From contig OZ025666.1 in NCBI GenBank assembly GCA_964019335.1, positions 124,001 through 188,000 of the forward strand: DNA of 64,000 bases, read 5' to 3'. Position numbers and translations under genes: made by a program. The DNA is from Diplonema japonicum (Eukaryota; Protista; Euglenozoa: Diplonemea). The notes under the pieces were generated by a model, which saw only the letters and a list, made by a program, of their open reading frames with translations, was not told the origin of the DNA and did no database searches. Positions 53,872 to 64,000 of the stretch are shown piece after piece (the stretch's first letter is position 1; each line of letters starts with the position of its first letter).

Positions 53872-56778
53872 ATGGATGAATTGCATCATTTCTTAGAACA
53901 AGAAGAGAAGGTGGTGGACAGGTGGTGCGAGGAGAAGGGCTTGGAGAATGTCATGCGGGAAAAGATAAAGGCGATGATCGAAGCCCAGGAAAGGAAATGG
54001 GAGCTGGAGGAGACGGAGAGAGAGAAGGTGCTGTTTAAAGTGAAGAAGATTGCCGATGCAGTCACAGACAACGAAGAGACTACGGTACACGATGAAGTGT
54101 CAGGCTTGGCCCAACTGCTTCAATGCAGCATCGAAGAGCTCCCTCCCAGCGATAGGATCTCAGCCGATAACTTCCTTGCTGCGATCCACCAGGGAGAACG
54201 AACACTTGTTTCCTGTCTTCTCGCAAGTTTTGTATCCAGGCAAGAAAGCCACCCCCTCAGCAAGATTCACCACCACCACGACTTCCACGCGACTCTGAGG
54301 ACTTTCAATAGGAAACTCTGCCTACGGGCCCGACCCAACATGCCTCCACGTTCCGTCCTCAGGACGCTCAAACAAGCCCACAGCGAGCTGCACAAGATCA
54401 TCGCAACCGCAACACCCGAACAATCTTACCTCCTCTCTTCTTGCTACAAGGGGCTTCCTGTGGGTACGCAGTACGAGCAGGGTGTCGAGGCTGCCATTGA
54501 GCAGTGCTCGCAAGGCTGCGGTATTACCCAAGCATCACGTGATCTTGTGTACTCCACGCTCGTATCCTGTGGTTATATCGATACCTTGAATCGTACCATC
54601 AGCGAGGCACATAGGCCTGCGTGCTTGCAGCGAGTCCTCGTGACGCCCCATGACCTGCCCCCGCATCCTCTCTTTGCGTCCTGTGTACACATCGGCAGCA
54701 TCGCCGTCAACGACGGGTTCGCTCACGCTGGGAATCTTGTGAACAGTGGGTTGTACTCGCCCCGGCCTTGCTCTTCGTGGGTGAGCAGTACCGCGCTTCT
54801 CGCTGTTTGCAGCACCATTGCGGGATACGTTGCCGCGCCAATAGTCGACACGGGGCTCCTGCGGTGGATGGCAAGAGAGATCATCACACAGGTGCGTGAC
54901 TGTGACACGGACGGCGTACGAGAGGTGTACGCCTTCCAGGAAAACGTTGTGACAATTGTGGCTGCTGCATGCAAGACCTATCTGGAGCCCGGGTGCTACA
55001 ATACCCATGAGGATGAGGTGGTAGCAGCGCTTGGTAGCGCGGAAAGCACCTTGCTCATGTCACTCATGAGGAGGTGCGTCACAAGACTGGATAGAAACGT
55101 GCCAAAACCGCCGTTCCCAGCGAATGCCTTGCAACGTGCAAAAGCGTTGGCCGCCGTATCCCGACCCGATTTGTTCTGTGCTGGTTTGCGAGAAGCAAGG
55201 AGGGTGGCCATCTTGCAGTCTGTTGCCACCCCCCCAACCGATGACCTTATCCTCTCTTACCTTGTCTGGGTGTACAAAATCGAGCAGAACACCGACAACG
55301 CTGGGCCGGACTCTCTTTGGATGGACCTGTTCTTGATTTTCAAGTTGGTGTTACGGATGCCTTCCATTGACACCGAAGGGTCGTCGCTGCTGCACGGGAT
55401 CAGAAAGGCGACCGGCACAAGGGACCCCCTCACCATATACAGAAGCATTGGGGATGCGCTGAAGGGAGTGCATGAAGAGGGCGGCGTACAGAAGGAGTGG
55501 GAAAAGATATGCTCGACGAAGCTTTCGAACCCCAGGAAGAGGGTCAGTGTTGTGGGACTAAGCGACACCACGTCTCGACGGAAGTCTTCTTTATATGGCA
55601 AAGCCGATGTTCGTGCATGGGAAGAGACGGACGAAGATGAAAAAGAAGACATGGACAAAAACAAAGACAAGGACGAAGACGAGGGAAGTGTGCAAGAGCA
55701 TGAAGAGACAGAAACTGTGCAAAAACATGACGATGCAACGCAGCTCGCGAAGCAGGTTAGAACACTGCTCGAAGCAGGCGACCCTTTACCATCACCCTTT
55801 GACGTTCGTCCTTCTGAAGAGCTCATCGCTCGCAGCATCGAGTGTCTGCAGTCGGAACCAACCATCACGTCAGCTTTGCACTTGGAGATAGCGGCCCATA
55901 ACCCCAAATGGCCACCTCTCGAACTTCCCAGCGGCTTACTACTCAGCATGGCAGGCAGCAGTGCCACTGAAGACGTCAAGCGCGAGGTCTACACATCTCT
56001 CCTCACCGTGGTGTCACTGTCGTCTGCAAAGCGTGATGCAGTGCGAACACAGGACCAGAACACAGCAGCTGCTGGCACTATGCAGCGGGCCTGGTGGTCG
56101 TACTGCGCACGGAAGAGAAAACGTAATGTAGGTGAGTCTTTCTTCAAGCTCATGGAGCTTTTCCAAGCTGGTAGTGGTAAGAAGCATCTGCTTTGCTTGA
56201 GGAAAGCCCACACAAGAGACATCCCTAAAAAGCTGAAGGAAGTTAGGGAGCAACACAAGAAAAACGAGCTAACACGGGTGTTGCAAAGAGCAACGAGGTT
56301 ATTCTTGAGAGCACCCAATGTAAAGCTTGAAGAAGTTCAATGTGTCGAGGAAGAGCTCGACAGACAGCACGCAGTCACTCCTTGCTTGTTGAAGGCTCGG
56401 TGCAGCCTCCTTACATTAAAGGGGAAGTGTGACCCCTCTACATACATTGCGGGACAGGACTACTTCATGAACACGCTAGTGCCGCAGCTAAAAGCTCATG
56501 CTTGTCTGCAGCTTGGGTTCCCGATCGCCCTTGAGTGCTGCAAGGTTTATTTTCACAGGCAGGACTTCACAACTGCATCAGAGCTCTGCACTACCTATAT
56601 CGCCCTTCTGGGGGAAAGTCCTGAGCTTGTGTCTTTCAAGCAGACTTGCAGCGTCATGCTGAATGCATCTGTTTTACTACAGAGAGCGTCCTCGAGGCTG
56701 GCTCTGCCGTCGGTCATTCGGCAAGAAGCCGTGCACAGGCAGGCCCATAGCAAAAAGATCAGTGCTTTACCAAGCTAG
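53872..56778 (+). CDS. Large hypothetical helical protein with IQ-like motifs
   Basis: About 970-aa ORF; AAGTMQRAWWSYCARK. Confidence 0.75.
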   Translation: MDELHHFLEQEEKVVDRWCEEKGLENVMREKIKAMIEAQERKWELEETEREKVLFKVKKIADAVTDNEETTVHDEVSGLAQLLQCSIEELPPSDRISADNFLAAIHQGERTLVSCLLASFVSRQESHPLSKIHHHHDFHATLRTFNRKLCLRARPNMPPRSVLRTLKQAHSELHKIIATATPEQSYLLSSCYKGLPVGTQYEQGVEAAIEQCSQGCGITQASRDLVYSTLVSCGYIDTLNRTISEAHRPACLQRVLVTPHDLPPHPLFASCVHIGSIAVNDGFAHAGNLVNSGLYSPRPCSSWVSSTALLAVCSTIAGYVAAPIVDTGLLRWMAREIITQVRDCDTDGVREVYAFQENVVTIVAAACKTYLEPGCYNTHEDEVVAALGSAESTLLMSLMRRCVTRLDRNVPKPPFPANALQRAKALAAVSRPDLFCAGLREARRVAILQSVATPPTDDLILSYLVWVYKIEQNTDNAGPDSLWMDLFLIFKLVLRMPSIDTEGSSLLHGIRKATGTRDPLTIYRSIGDALKGVHEEGGVQKEWEKICSTKLSNPRKRVSVVGLSDTTSRRKSSLYGKADVRAWEETDEDEKEDMDKNKDKDEDEGSVQEHEETETVQKHDDATQLAKQVRTLLEAGDPLPSPFDVRPSEELIARSIECLQSEPTITSALHLEIAAHNPKWPPLELPSGLLLSMAGSSATEDVKREVYTSLLTVVSLSSAKRDAVRTQDQNTAAAGTMQRAWWSYCARKRKRNVGESFFKLMELFQAGSGKKHLLCLRKAHTRDIPKKLKEVREQHKKNELTRVLQRATRLFLRAPNVKLEEVQCVEEELDRQHAVTPCLLKARCSLLTLKGKCDPSTYIAGQDYFMNTLVPQLKAHACLQLGFPIALECCKVYFHRQDFTTASELCTTYIALLGESPELVSFKQTCSVMLNASVLLQRASSRLALPSVIRQEAVHRQAHSKKISALPS

Positions 56779-56858
56779 ATCGTTATTCGTGCTATTTTTA
56801 TGTTGCGTTTTTTTCCTCTTCCTTTTTTTTCCTCGCACGCAACAATAAGCAGGTGAAA

Positions 56859-58066
56859 ATGTGGCGTCGTGCCATTCTAGCAAGCGTGGGGAGCACCGCA
56901 GGGTGGGCCATTTCTCAAAAGCAGAAGGAATGCGAAGCATGCACATTGGGAACAGCGTGCTGTCTCCTGACTACAGCGGCAATGGGAACGGTGCAAGCCA
57001 TTCTGTATTTCCAGAAAGAGTTGGAAAAAGAGGGGAGGTTGCTACTGGCGATCCGTGCAGATGAAGGGGACCAAGGTGCACAGATGTGTCTTGCAGGAAT
57101 GATGTACGCCGCAAACCCGGATTTGGCGATCGGGCCCTTGAAGCAGTGTTCGGACAAGCTGCCTGACTGCAAGGCGCTGTACGCGCTTCTTGTGAAGGGA
57201 GAGGACAGGAGCAAACTGCTCACAGAGGCTGTGCAGGAGATTAAGACGCAGATTTCGAATTTGGAGAAGTTGCACCCGGATGACCGATTGGTGCAGATAG
57301 CGCCCCCGATGCCTCCTGGTTTCCTGCCCAAGCCGTTGGAAGACGAGGACGAAGTAGAACTTCTGAAATATGTTGGTGCTGACTACACGCGTTCCGTCAT
57401 TTCGGCCATCACGGCGAAGGGAATGCCATCGGTGGACAGCAGCCTGACAGAGACGGAGCTGGACGCGGTGAGATACATCGGCGCGGCAAGGGGGTTCGTA
57501 CCGTTCTTCTACCTGTTGGGCCGCAAAGCCCAACTTGAAGGAAAGAAAGAAATCGCAGCGAACTGCTACTTGGACCTCATGCTAACTACGACACCCGAGC
57601 ATGCCAAGCATGTCATGGCTACCCTCAGCGAGCAGTACATTCCGGTATGCACATTTTAAGCTCCTTCACACATGAAACAGAACGCGACTGAAGCATGGAG
57701 AGATAGAAAGGTGGGCTGGTGGGCCGCTGGTGTGGCTTCGTCAAGGGTCGAACTCTGTATGTTTCTTTCCCCCACCCGTTGTACTTTAAAAAAAAAGGCC
57801 GCCTTTACTCCGAGGGTATCAACCCCGTGGGGCTTACCGATCACGAAGTTCGAGACAATCTCAATCTTGCCATATCCACCATCCCAGACTTGCACAAGTC
57901 TCTCAAACCCCTCTTCCCTAAGGATGACCCTGTTATCTCGCAGCTGATGCCCACCTTGGAGTCCTGCAAGAAAGCACATGGCAGCCCTTACGTCGCAGGG
58001 AACGACCTTGAAATGTGTTCTGAAGGCCTCAGCATCGTGGCCGACTACCTCCTTGAGAGCATGTAA
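56859..58066 (+). CDS. Hypothetical helical-repeat protein with mitochondrial-type leader; introns 57645-57680, 57757-57797
   Basis: Two short GT-AG introns link three track ORFs in frame. Confidence 0.7.
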
Positions 58067-58194
58067 TCGTAGATTGCCAAACAAAGATGAGAAGAAAACG
58101 AAAGGAGAAAAAAAGGAAGAAAGAAGTAGTCTTACGCAGTCTGAAGACGCGAATTTTGTTGTTGTTGTCCCTTTCAAGCACATTACAGGATACT

Positions 58195-60174
58195 ATGCTG
58201 TTTCGTGCAGCAGTCGCTCTGGGGTGCGTTGCCCTGTGCCTGTGTGGTGATTCGTATGACAGGGCGTGTGATGAGATGATGTCAACTGCCCAGCAGGCAG
58301 GGAGGTACTTCAACTCAGGTGATACAAGGAAAGCCGATAAAGCCGTTGCGAAGGTGGAACGCCTGTTCAACAAAGCAAAGGAGATGCTTCCCGATGAACC
58401 GCAGGCTTACATCACGTACGCCACGTTCCTCCTGAACGCAAACATGGTGGAGAAGTCAGAAGCGGTGTGGAGGGAGGTGAAGGGGCTTCTCAAACCGGAA
58501 CTCATCGAAAACAACCCCGGACTGGTCAAGTACGTCAATTCCAGGATCCACAAGTGCAAGTACGCAAGAGTCAGCATGTCTAAGGACAAGGTGTACGACG
58601 GCGGGAAGGGTGACATGTTGGCATCTCTCGAACTCCAAGACGAGCAGATCCAGCTGCGCCCCCTCCCAGAACTATATCACGCACGTGGTACCGTCAAAGT
58701 TCAGATCTCCACCACAGACGAAACGCTTGTCATAAGTGCCATCAACGATTTTAATGCTGCGCAGGAAGCCGCCCTTAAAGGACACCTCGCCGCCCTGAAC
58801 CTCATGGGCCAACGCACGGCGCGCACCTACAACTCATCCTCCAACATGCAACCTTTCTTTGCTAAAGGCACCGGCACACGTGAGGAATACAGCTTTCCTG
58901 TGACCATCCACACTGCCACTTCTAAAACCTCCGACACGGCACATTACGAAGTGGAGCACAAGACGGCGCTTGTGAGAGACAGCATGGTGCTTGGCAGGGA
59001 TGCCGTCGTCACTTCGACGCAGTGTGCCGGGGAGCAGTGGGGGCTCAAGATGGTTACAAAGAAGCTTGCTGCTCTTTATACTCATGTAGGCGATGCAACG
59101 AGGGCCAAGAACGCAAAGGCGATTGTCGAGCCGTTCATGCCACACCCTGGGAAACTTGCGTCGGCGATCAGAGAGAAGTACGGCAATCAGCTTGAAGATC
59201 ATAACACTGACTGGCTTGACGAGTGGTCACACGATGTGAGTCAAGGCTGTGTCGGCACCCTGTACGACCCCACGCAGGGCGGCAGAGTCGATTTGTCCAC
59301 AAACGTCCCCGTCCTTGACGTGTTCGGCGAGCAGCCTGACATCGACCAGAATGGGAACAACCAGTTCCTCACCTTCCCGAGGCAGCCTTCTGGGAAGCAC
59401 AAAAAGGCCATTCTTACAGCCCAGTTCGCTGGGACGTCCTTCTACCACTTTGTGGTGGAGATCCTGCCGAGGTTCGTGATGATCTTGGAAGACGAAAACC
59501 TTCAAGACGACAAGCTCCTCATCCTCATCCCGCAAGACACCAGCAGCAACAAGTTCGTAAAGGGCTTCCTGAAGTTGATGCCTAAGCTCAACATGAAAAG
59601 GCTGCGCGCTTACACAGGTGACGTGCTTGTCGACGAGCTGCACGTGCCTACATGGGCAAACGAGGAGTTCGTTGCCAAGACTCACCCTCCGGCATCGCTG
59701 TTAAAGAAGGTGCGGAAAGCCATTGTAAAAGAACCGCAACCAAAAAGGGACACCATTGTGTACCTCTCGAGGAAAGGAGCCGGTATGCGTGGTCTGGTGG
59801 ACGACGACGTCATGTTTAGCAGACTGGAGGGCTTCGCCAAGGAGAGGGGCATGGAGTGTGTGAAATACAGTACGCCTCTCTCTGTTTCAGAGACTCGTGA
59901 CTTGTTCCAGCGTGCTGCGGTGGTGGTGGGGGTGCACGGTGGTGCGATGTCAAACACCATATTCTGTCAGCCAGAGACACTCGTCGTTGAACTGGGCTTC
60001 ACCTCGCCCTTCAGCTTCGACTTTGTGCACCTTTCTGGTGCGCTGGACCTCGTGCACCACATTTACCTTCTTGATCCTACCCCTAACGGGATGGGTGCTC
60101 CCCTTGTCTCCGTCAACTTCGATTCGTTCTTCACGAAGTTTGCCGATCTGATCCCCCGTCAAGAAGAGCTTTGA
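58195..60174 (+). CDS. TPR + glycosyltransferase family 61 (DUF563) protein
   Basis: Signal peptide; FYHFVVEILPR, VYLSR, VVGVHGGAMSNTIFC..VVEL; ends QEEL. Confidence 0.85.
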   Translation: MLFRAAVALGCVALCLCGDSYDRACDEMMSTAQQAGRYFNSGDTRKADKAVAKVERLFNKAKEMLPDEPQAYITYATFLLNANMVEKSEAVWREVKGLLKPELIENNPGLVKYVNSRIHKCKYARVSMSKDKVYDGGKGDMLASLELQDEQIQLRPLPELYHARGTVKVQISTTDETLVISAINDFNAAQEAALKGHLAALNLMGQRTARTYNSSSNMQPFFAKGTGTREEYSFPVTIHTATSKTSDTAHYEVEHKTALVRDSMVLGRDAVVTSTQCAGEQWGLKMVTKKLAALYTHVGDATRAKNAKAIVEPFMPHPGKLASAIREKYGNQLEDHNTDWLDEWSHDVSQGCVGTLYDPTQGGRVDLSTNVPVLDVFGEQPDIDQNGNNQFLTFPRQPSGKHKKAILTAQFAGTSFYHFVVEILPRFVMILEDENLQDDKLLILIPQDTSSNKFVKGFLKLMPKLNMKRLRAYTGDVLVDELHVPTWANEEFVAKTHPPASLLKKVRKAIVKEPQPKRDTIVYLSRKGAGMRGLVDDDVMFSRLEGFAKERGMECVKYSTPLSVSETRDLFQRAAVVVGVHGGAMSNTIFCQPETLVVELGFTSPFSFDFVHLSGALDLVHHIYLLDPTPNGMGAPLVSVNFDSFFTKFADLIPRQEEL

Positions 60175-60316
60175 CCTTCGACAGAGTGTTAGAAAAACGT
60201 AGCGTGACCGTGTTGAGTATTTTCTTTTTGTTCTGTTTTTTACCTTTAAATCTAAACACACCATTGAAAGAACTGCACATCACTGTTGATGCAAATATTA
60301 AAAAGAGCCCCGTAGG

Positions 60317-61438
60317 ATGCTACGACCGCAGCGCGTGCTGCGGGTGTACATGAACGATCACGAAGCATCGCGGGAACTGAAAAGACTGCTGCACACGAAG
60401 GACAGAATAGGAACATCGAGGAAGAAGCATGTGAACAGAGTAGTGTTAAAGTCGCTGCACCAATTTATGCATGCGGGAGTCCCTGTCGGGACACGGACAT
60501 TTGGAATTGCAATGGGACAGATGTGCCAGCAAGGGCTTGCGAAGGGGTGTGACGAGGTGTACGCTTTGATGAAGCAGAAGGGCGTGCGGATGGATGTGGG
60601 TATCTACAACATGATGATGAAGGTGCATTCGGGGAAGTCATTTGAGACTGTTTCGTTCTTCTGGGATATTTTGAACAGCTCCCCGCCTCTCAAGCCGGAT
60701 GCGATCAGTCACCTCACGTTCCTGCGTGCCGCCGTGGCAGCACGTCCCCCTATTTCTCTGACGGAGCGAAATATCATCATCTCCAATGCTCTGCGCGCCA
60801 TAGGAACCCGACCGAAGGATCTCCTCGTTGTGTACACCACCATTGCACCCTGTCTGCGCCCTCGGGAGGCCAGAGCTTTGTACTACAAACTTGTTGACCA
60901 AGACATCGTTCCTGATATGCGGTTTTACACAGCAATGTTGCGTGCCTGCGTGGAGCATAAAGACACGGGGTTGATGAGCTTCGTCGAGAAGAAGGTAGAG
61001 ACATCGAATCTTGAAAAGGACGCGGTGTACTTAGACACGACGCTGAGGGTGCAGAGCTCAGCGGTTGACTTCAAGGGGATGATGAAGACGCTGAAAGAAT
61101 TTGATGAGCGGCGGTTGCTGCCGACAATCACAACATACTGCACAGTGATCGATCTTTGCAGGAAGGAAGCAGACGGCGACATGCACCGGCCAGAGGTACA
61201 GCTTGCCTGCATGATGTTCGAGCGTGCAATTCACAACGGGTTTGGCTCCTACGCAACACTATTCTACTGCATTCTCCGTCTCCACAAGGAAACAGGTAAC
61301 ACCGTTGCCCTCAATGCATCCAAAGAACGCGCGATCACACACGACCACTACAGTGGGGCGGTGAAGAAGCTTGTTGAAGAAGGACCCCTCCCCTTCCCCA
61401 CCAGCTATGACGACTTCGAAGAAGTCCCAAGAGAGTAA
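60317..61438 (+). CDS. Pentatricopeptide-repeat protein
   Basis: 35-aa repeats (MKQKGVRMDVGIYNMMM; IVPDMRFYTAMLRAC; PTITTYCTVIDLC); MLR leader. Confidence 0.85.
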   Translation: MLRPQRVLRVYMNDHEASRELKRLLHTKDRIGTSRKKHVNRVVLKSLHQFMHAGVPVGTRTFGIAMGQMCQQGLAKGCDEVYALMKQKGVRMDVGIYNMMMKVHSGKSFETVSFFWDILNSSPPLKPDAISHLTFLRAAVAARPPISLTERNIIISNALRAIGTRPKDLLVVYTTIAPCLRPREARALYYKLVDQDIVPDMRFYTAMLRACVEHKDTGLMSFVEKKVETSNLEKDAVYLDTTLRVQSSAVDFKGMMKTLKEFDERRLLPTITTYCTVIDLCRKEADGDMHRPEVQLACMMFERAIHNGFGSYATLFYCILRLHKETGNTVALNASKERAITHDHYSGAVKKLVEEGPLPFPTSYDDFEEVPRE

Positions 61439-61484
61439 TACGTGTTTCCCATTGCCACACCAACACACTGCAGGTTACTTCAAA

Positions 61485-62978
61485 ATGAACCCTGATCTAG
61501 ACAACGACAAACGGCTGCAGAGAGTGGTCCCTATGATTCTCCTGCATATTAACAAAATATACAAAAAGAAAGGGCGAAAAGTTATGACCGATAATCAAGA
61601 GGAACAGGCCACTGCACTGCTGGTTAGCTTGTTGAGGAGCGGGAAAGGGTGTGACGCGGCAATACGAAGGATCGCAGAAGAGATACACACAGAAACACGG
61701 TCTGTGACGCCTGAGGATGAGTCGCAGAGCTTAGCTGAGACAGAGTACTTCGACGAAGAATCGGTCCTGCAGCCCTCACCACCTGCCTCTGTGAGGCATG
61801 GCTCACTGCCCCACCATGTGCGAAGGAAGAGAGTCCTCGCCAAGGATTGGTGGGCTAAAGTGGCGGAGATAGACTACCTCGACTACGAAGACGACAAGCA
61901 GCGACGGCTGAACGAAAAACTGGAGAAAATGCAACGGCAACGGGACGCCTTGGATCAGCAGCTGGAGTACCAGCACCATCAGAAACAGCTGGAGAGAGAA
62001 GAGGCAGTCCGGGAACACGAAGAACTAACCAAAAAGCTTGAAATATGGGAAGACGAAAAGAGGTGTGCTGCGAAGAAGGTACGAGAAGCTTGCGAAGTCG
62101 AGAAGAAGATACGAGACACACAGCTGCAAGTACAAAAGGAGAAAAGGGAGCAGGAACTAAAGGCGAAGAGGGACGAAGAGGAGCGGCTGTACAACTGCGC
62201 AATAGAAGAAGAGAAGAGGGAACAGGAGAAGATGGCTGAGAGGAAGGAGAAGGTGCTGGAGGGCGTGAAACGCAACATGTACTACAACGTGAAGCAGCAA
62301 GCGCTGAAGGATGAAGCCTTGTTGAATGAACAACTACTAGACAAAAAGCTTGCAAAACAACATGCTGAGAAGCTGCAGAAGCAAGAAGAGCTGCGGCAAA
62401 AAGCTTTGCTAGAGATCAGCTCACGGCAAGCTAAGCAACGAGAGATGGGCGAAGCCATGTGCCATTCTCTGATGGAGAAGGCAGCCGCTGACGAGAAGAG
62501 AGCTCTGGAGGCCTGCAAAAAAGCACTGCACGAGGCCAAAGGGGAAGAAGAACGGAGACGGGTTGCGGCTGATGTGAATAAGAGGAAGACTATTAGGTTC
62601 TTGCAGCGGCAGCTGGAACACAAGCAGGATGTGAAGGAGCGCGAGATGGAATGCGACAGGCGGGACAAGGAGAGAACTAAAAAAGATATATTGAATGCGT
62701 CCCAACAAGAAAAGGAACAAACGCGTGTCAAGAAGCACAAAGATATGGCGAACCATGCTGAGGTGGTGAAGCAGATCAAAGCAAAGCAGGACCGTGTTGA
62801 AGAGTCGATGACACGCAACGAGAAGGCTCTCAACAGTAGGCTGCTTGACCGCATCATCACCCGCCTCCCGCAGGTCACACCTCCGCCGTTTACACCATGC
62901 GGCTACCCTCAGAGGGACACCACACCCATTCTACCCCCTTCCCTCCCGTCGAGCAGGTGTGGCAGCGTTATGATCTGA
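61485..62978 (+). CDS. Charged coiled-coil protein (trichohyalin-like, possibly flagellar)
   Basis: E/K/R/Q-rich helical ORF. Confidence 0.7.
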   Translation: MNPDLDNDKRLQRVVPMILLHINKIYKKKGRKVMTDNQEEQATALLVSLLRSGKGCDAAIRRIAEEIHTETRSVTPEDESQSLAETEYFDEESVLQPSPPASVRHGSLPHHVRRKRVLAKDWWAKVAEIDYLDYEDDKQRRLNEKLEKMQRQRDALDQQLEYQHHQKQLEREEAVREHEELTKKLEIWEDEKRCAAKKVREACEVEKKIRDTQLQVQKEKREQELKAKRDEEERLYNCAIEEEKREQEKMAERKEKVLEGVKRNMYYNVKQQALKDEALLNEQLLDKKLAKQHAEKLQKQEELRQKALLEISSRQAKQREMGEAMCHSLMEKAAADEKRALEACKKALHEAKGEEERRRVAADVNKRKTIRFLQRQLEHKQDVKEREMECDRRDKERTKKDILNASQQEKEQTRVKKHKDMANHAEVVKQIKAKQDRVEESMTRNEKALNSRLLDRIITRLPQVTPPPFTPCGYPQRDTTPILPPSLPSSRCGSVMI

Positions 62979-63140
62979 CCTGCCCAGTCTGCAAGTTAAG
63001 TGGTCTCTATTTGGTTATACTGTTTTTCTAAGCAGTTCTTTACAAGAAAAAAAAAAAAGAAAGAAAAAGTAGCTTATTCGCATTAAAACAGAACGAGTCA
63101 GAACTGCCCATCACTCCAGGCACACCAGTCTGCGGCTCCC

Positions 63141-64000
63141 ATGAAGGGAGTCCTTAGGCTGATCCTATGTGTTGTTGCCTTGTTGGTGCTGTGCATGGCA
63201 GTTGTGAATGTAGCAATGGGGGAGGGGAGTGACTTCGAAGGGTACGAAGAGTGGCGGGCGGGTGACGGGGCTGACGTGATGTTCAAAGACGTGCCGTTCA
63301 TGAAGCCCTCGAAGCACGTCGAGAGCCAGGTGAGAAGGCTGAACGTGGAGAACAAGCACAACGAGACGCGAGAGAAAGTGTACAGTATGTGGGAGAGCAG
63401 CATAGCAGGCGAGGAAGGTGTGCATATTATACACACCGTGCAGTGCACGCATGAGGAGCTGTGGCAGAGCTTTGCTTTGGAATTTTCGTGGGAGAAAGTA
63501 AAGCAGAAAGGCGCCCTTACCAGGATCGTCTCGGGATGCGTCCAGTCTGACGGGAGCGTCGCTGCTGGTTACGAGCGGTCGCAGCGGAGGGTTGTCGCTA
63601 GCGACAAGTTCTTCATCTTCTACACACCTGAGGTCGTGGTCAGTGACTACCCCCGGCTGTACCGGCCTGTCTCTGTGTGGCACTGGGTCATGAACGGTCT
63701 CCCCCCTGAGAAGGTCATCGTCTATCTGGACCCCGACACGATCTTCGTGAAGCCTCTCCCACACACACTGATCTCCGCCATTACACCAGGCACGTCCTAC
63801 TCTCATCACAACCCTGTCCTGGAGCGTGCGAAGTGGCACAAGGCGTTCACAGTAGCGTGTGCCCGCTTGAGGTATTCAGGCATCAACCGCAAGGGACGTT
63901 CCTGTCGCCCTGTTGCGAAGCCTGTTCAGTACTCGGTGACTGCGCCCTACGCACTGCACAGGGCAGACATGGCGTCGGTTGCGTCGTTTTGGGTCCGGTT
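63141..64000 (+). CDS. Type II membrane glycosyltransferase (HPAT / serine galactosyltransferase-like), 3'-truncated
   Basis: Open frame absent from the ORF track: N-terminal TM, HTVQC...WQS, GALTRIVSGC, YP.LYRPVSVWHW, VYLDPDTIFVKPL. Confidence 0.75.
   Translation, partial: MKGVLRLILCVVALLVLCMAVVNVAMGEGSDFEGYEEWRAGDGADVMFKDVPFMKPSKHVESQVRRLNVENKHNETREKVYSMWESSIAGEEGVHIIHTVQCTHEELWQSFALEFSWEKVKQKGALTRIVSGCVQSDGSVAAGYERSQRRVVASDKFFIFYTPEVVVSDYPRLYRPVSVWHWVMNGLPPEKVIVYLDPDTIFVKPLPHTLISAITPGTSYSHHNPVLERAKWHKAFTVACARLRYSGINRKGRSCRPVAKPVQYSVTAPYALHRADMASVASFWVR

Overview
Gene-dense eukaryotic window. About 35 protein genes all lie on the + strand with very short spacers and short canonical GT-AG introns. 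Together with BILBO1-type proteins and single-hairpin AGA-box guide RNAs, this points to a euglenozoan, most plausibly a diplonemid (inference). It also holds three tRNA genes (one inside an intron), three tandem RPS11 copies, beta-tubulin, a decayed tyrosine-recombinase fragment and a deletion-collapsed segmental duplication. The main non-coding structure is a reiterated snoRNA array at 7.9-9.4 kb and 42.5-47.1 kb, with 2 AGA-box pseudouridylation guides and 5 box C/D guides. Most have rRNA targets that can be read from the sequence. Inside the second array is a single-copy, GC-rich RNA of about 390 nt (43760-44151) with the RNase MRP catalytic-core signatures (P1, P2, P3, bulged-U P4, P19), closed by box C, box D and a terminal stem. 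This apparent C/D-wrapped MRP RNA is the top finding. rRNA target positions use conserved eukaryotic rRNA sequence and yeast numbering recalled from memory; no searches were run.
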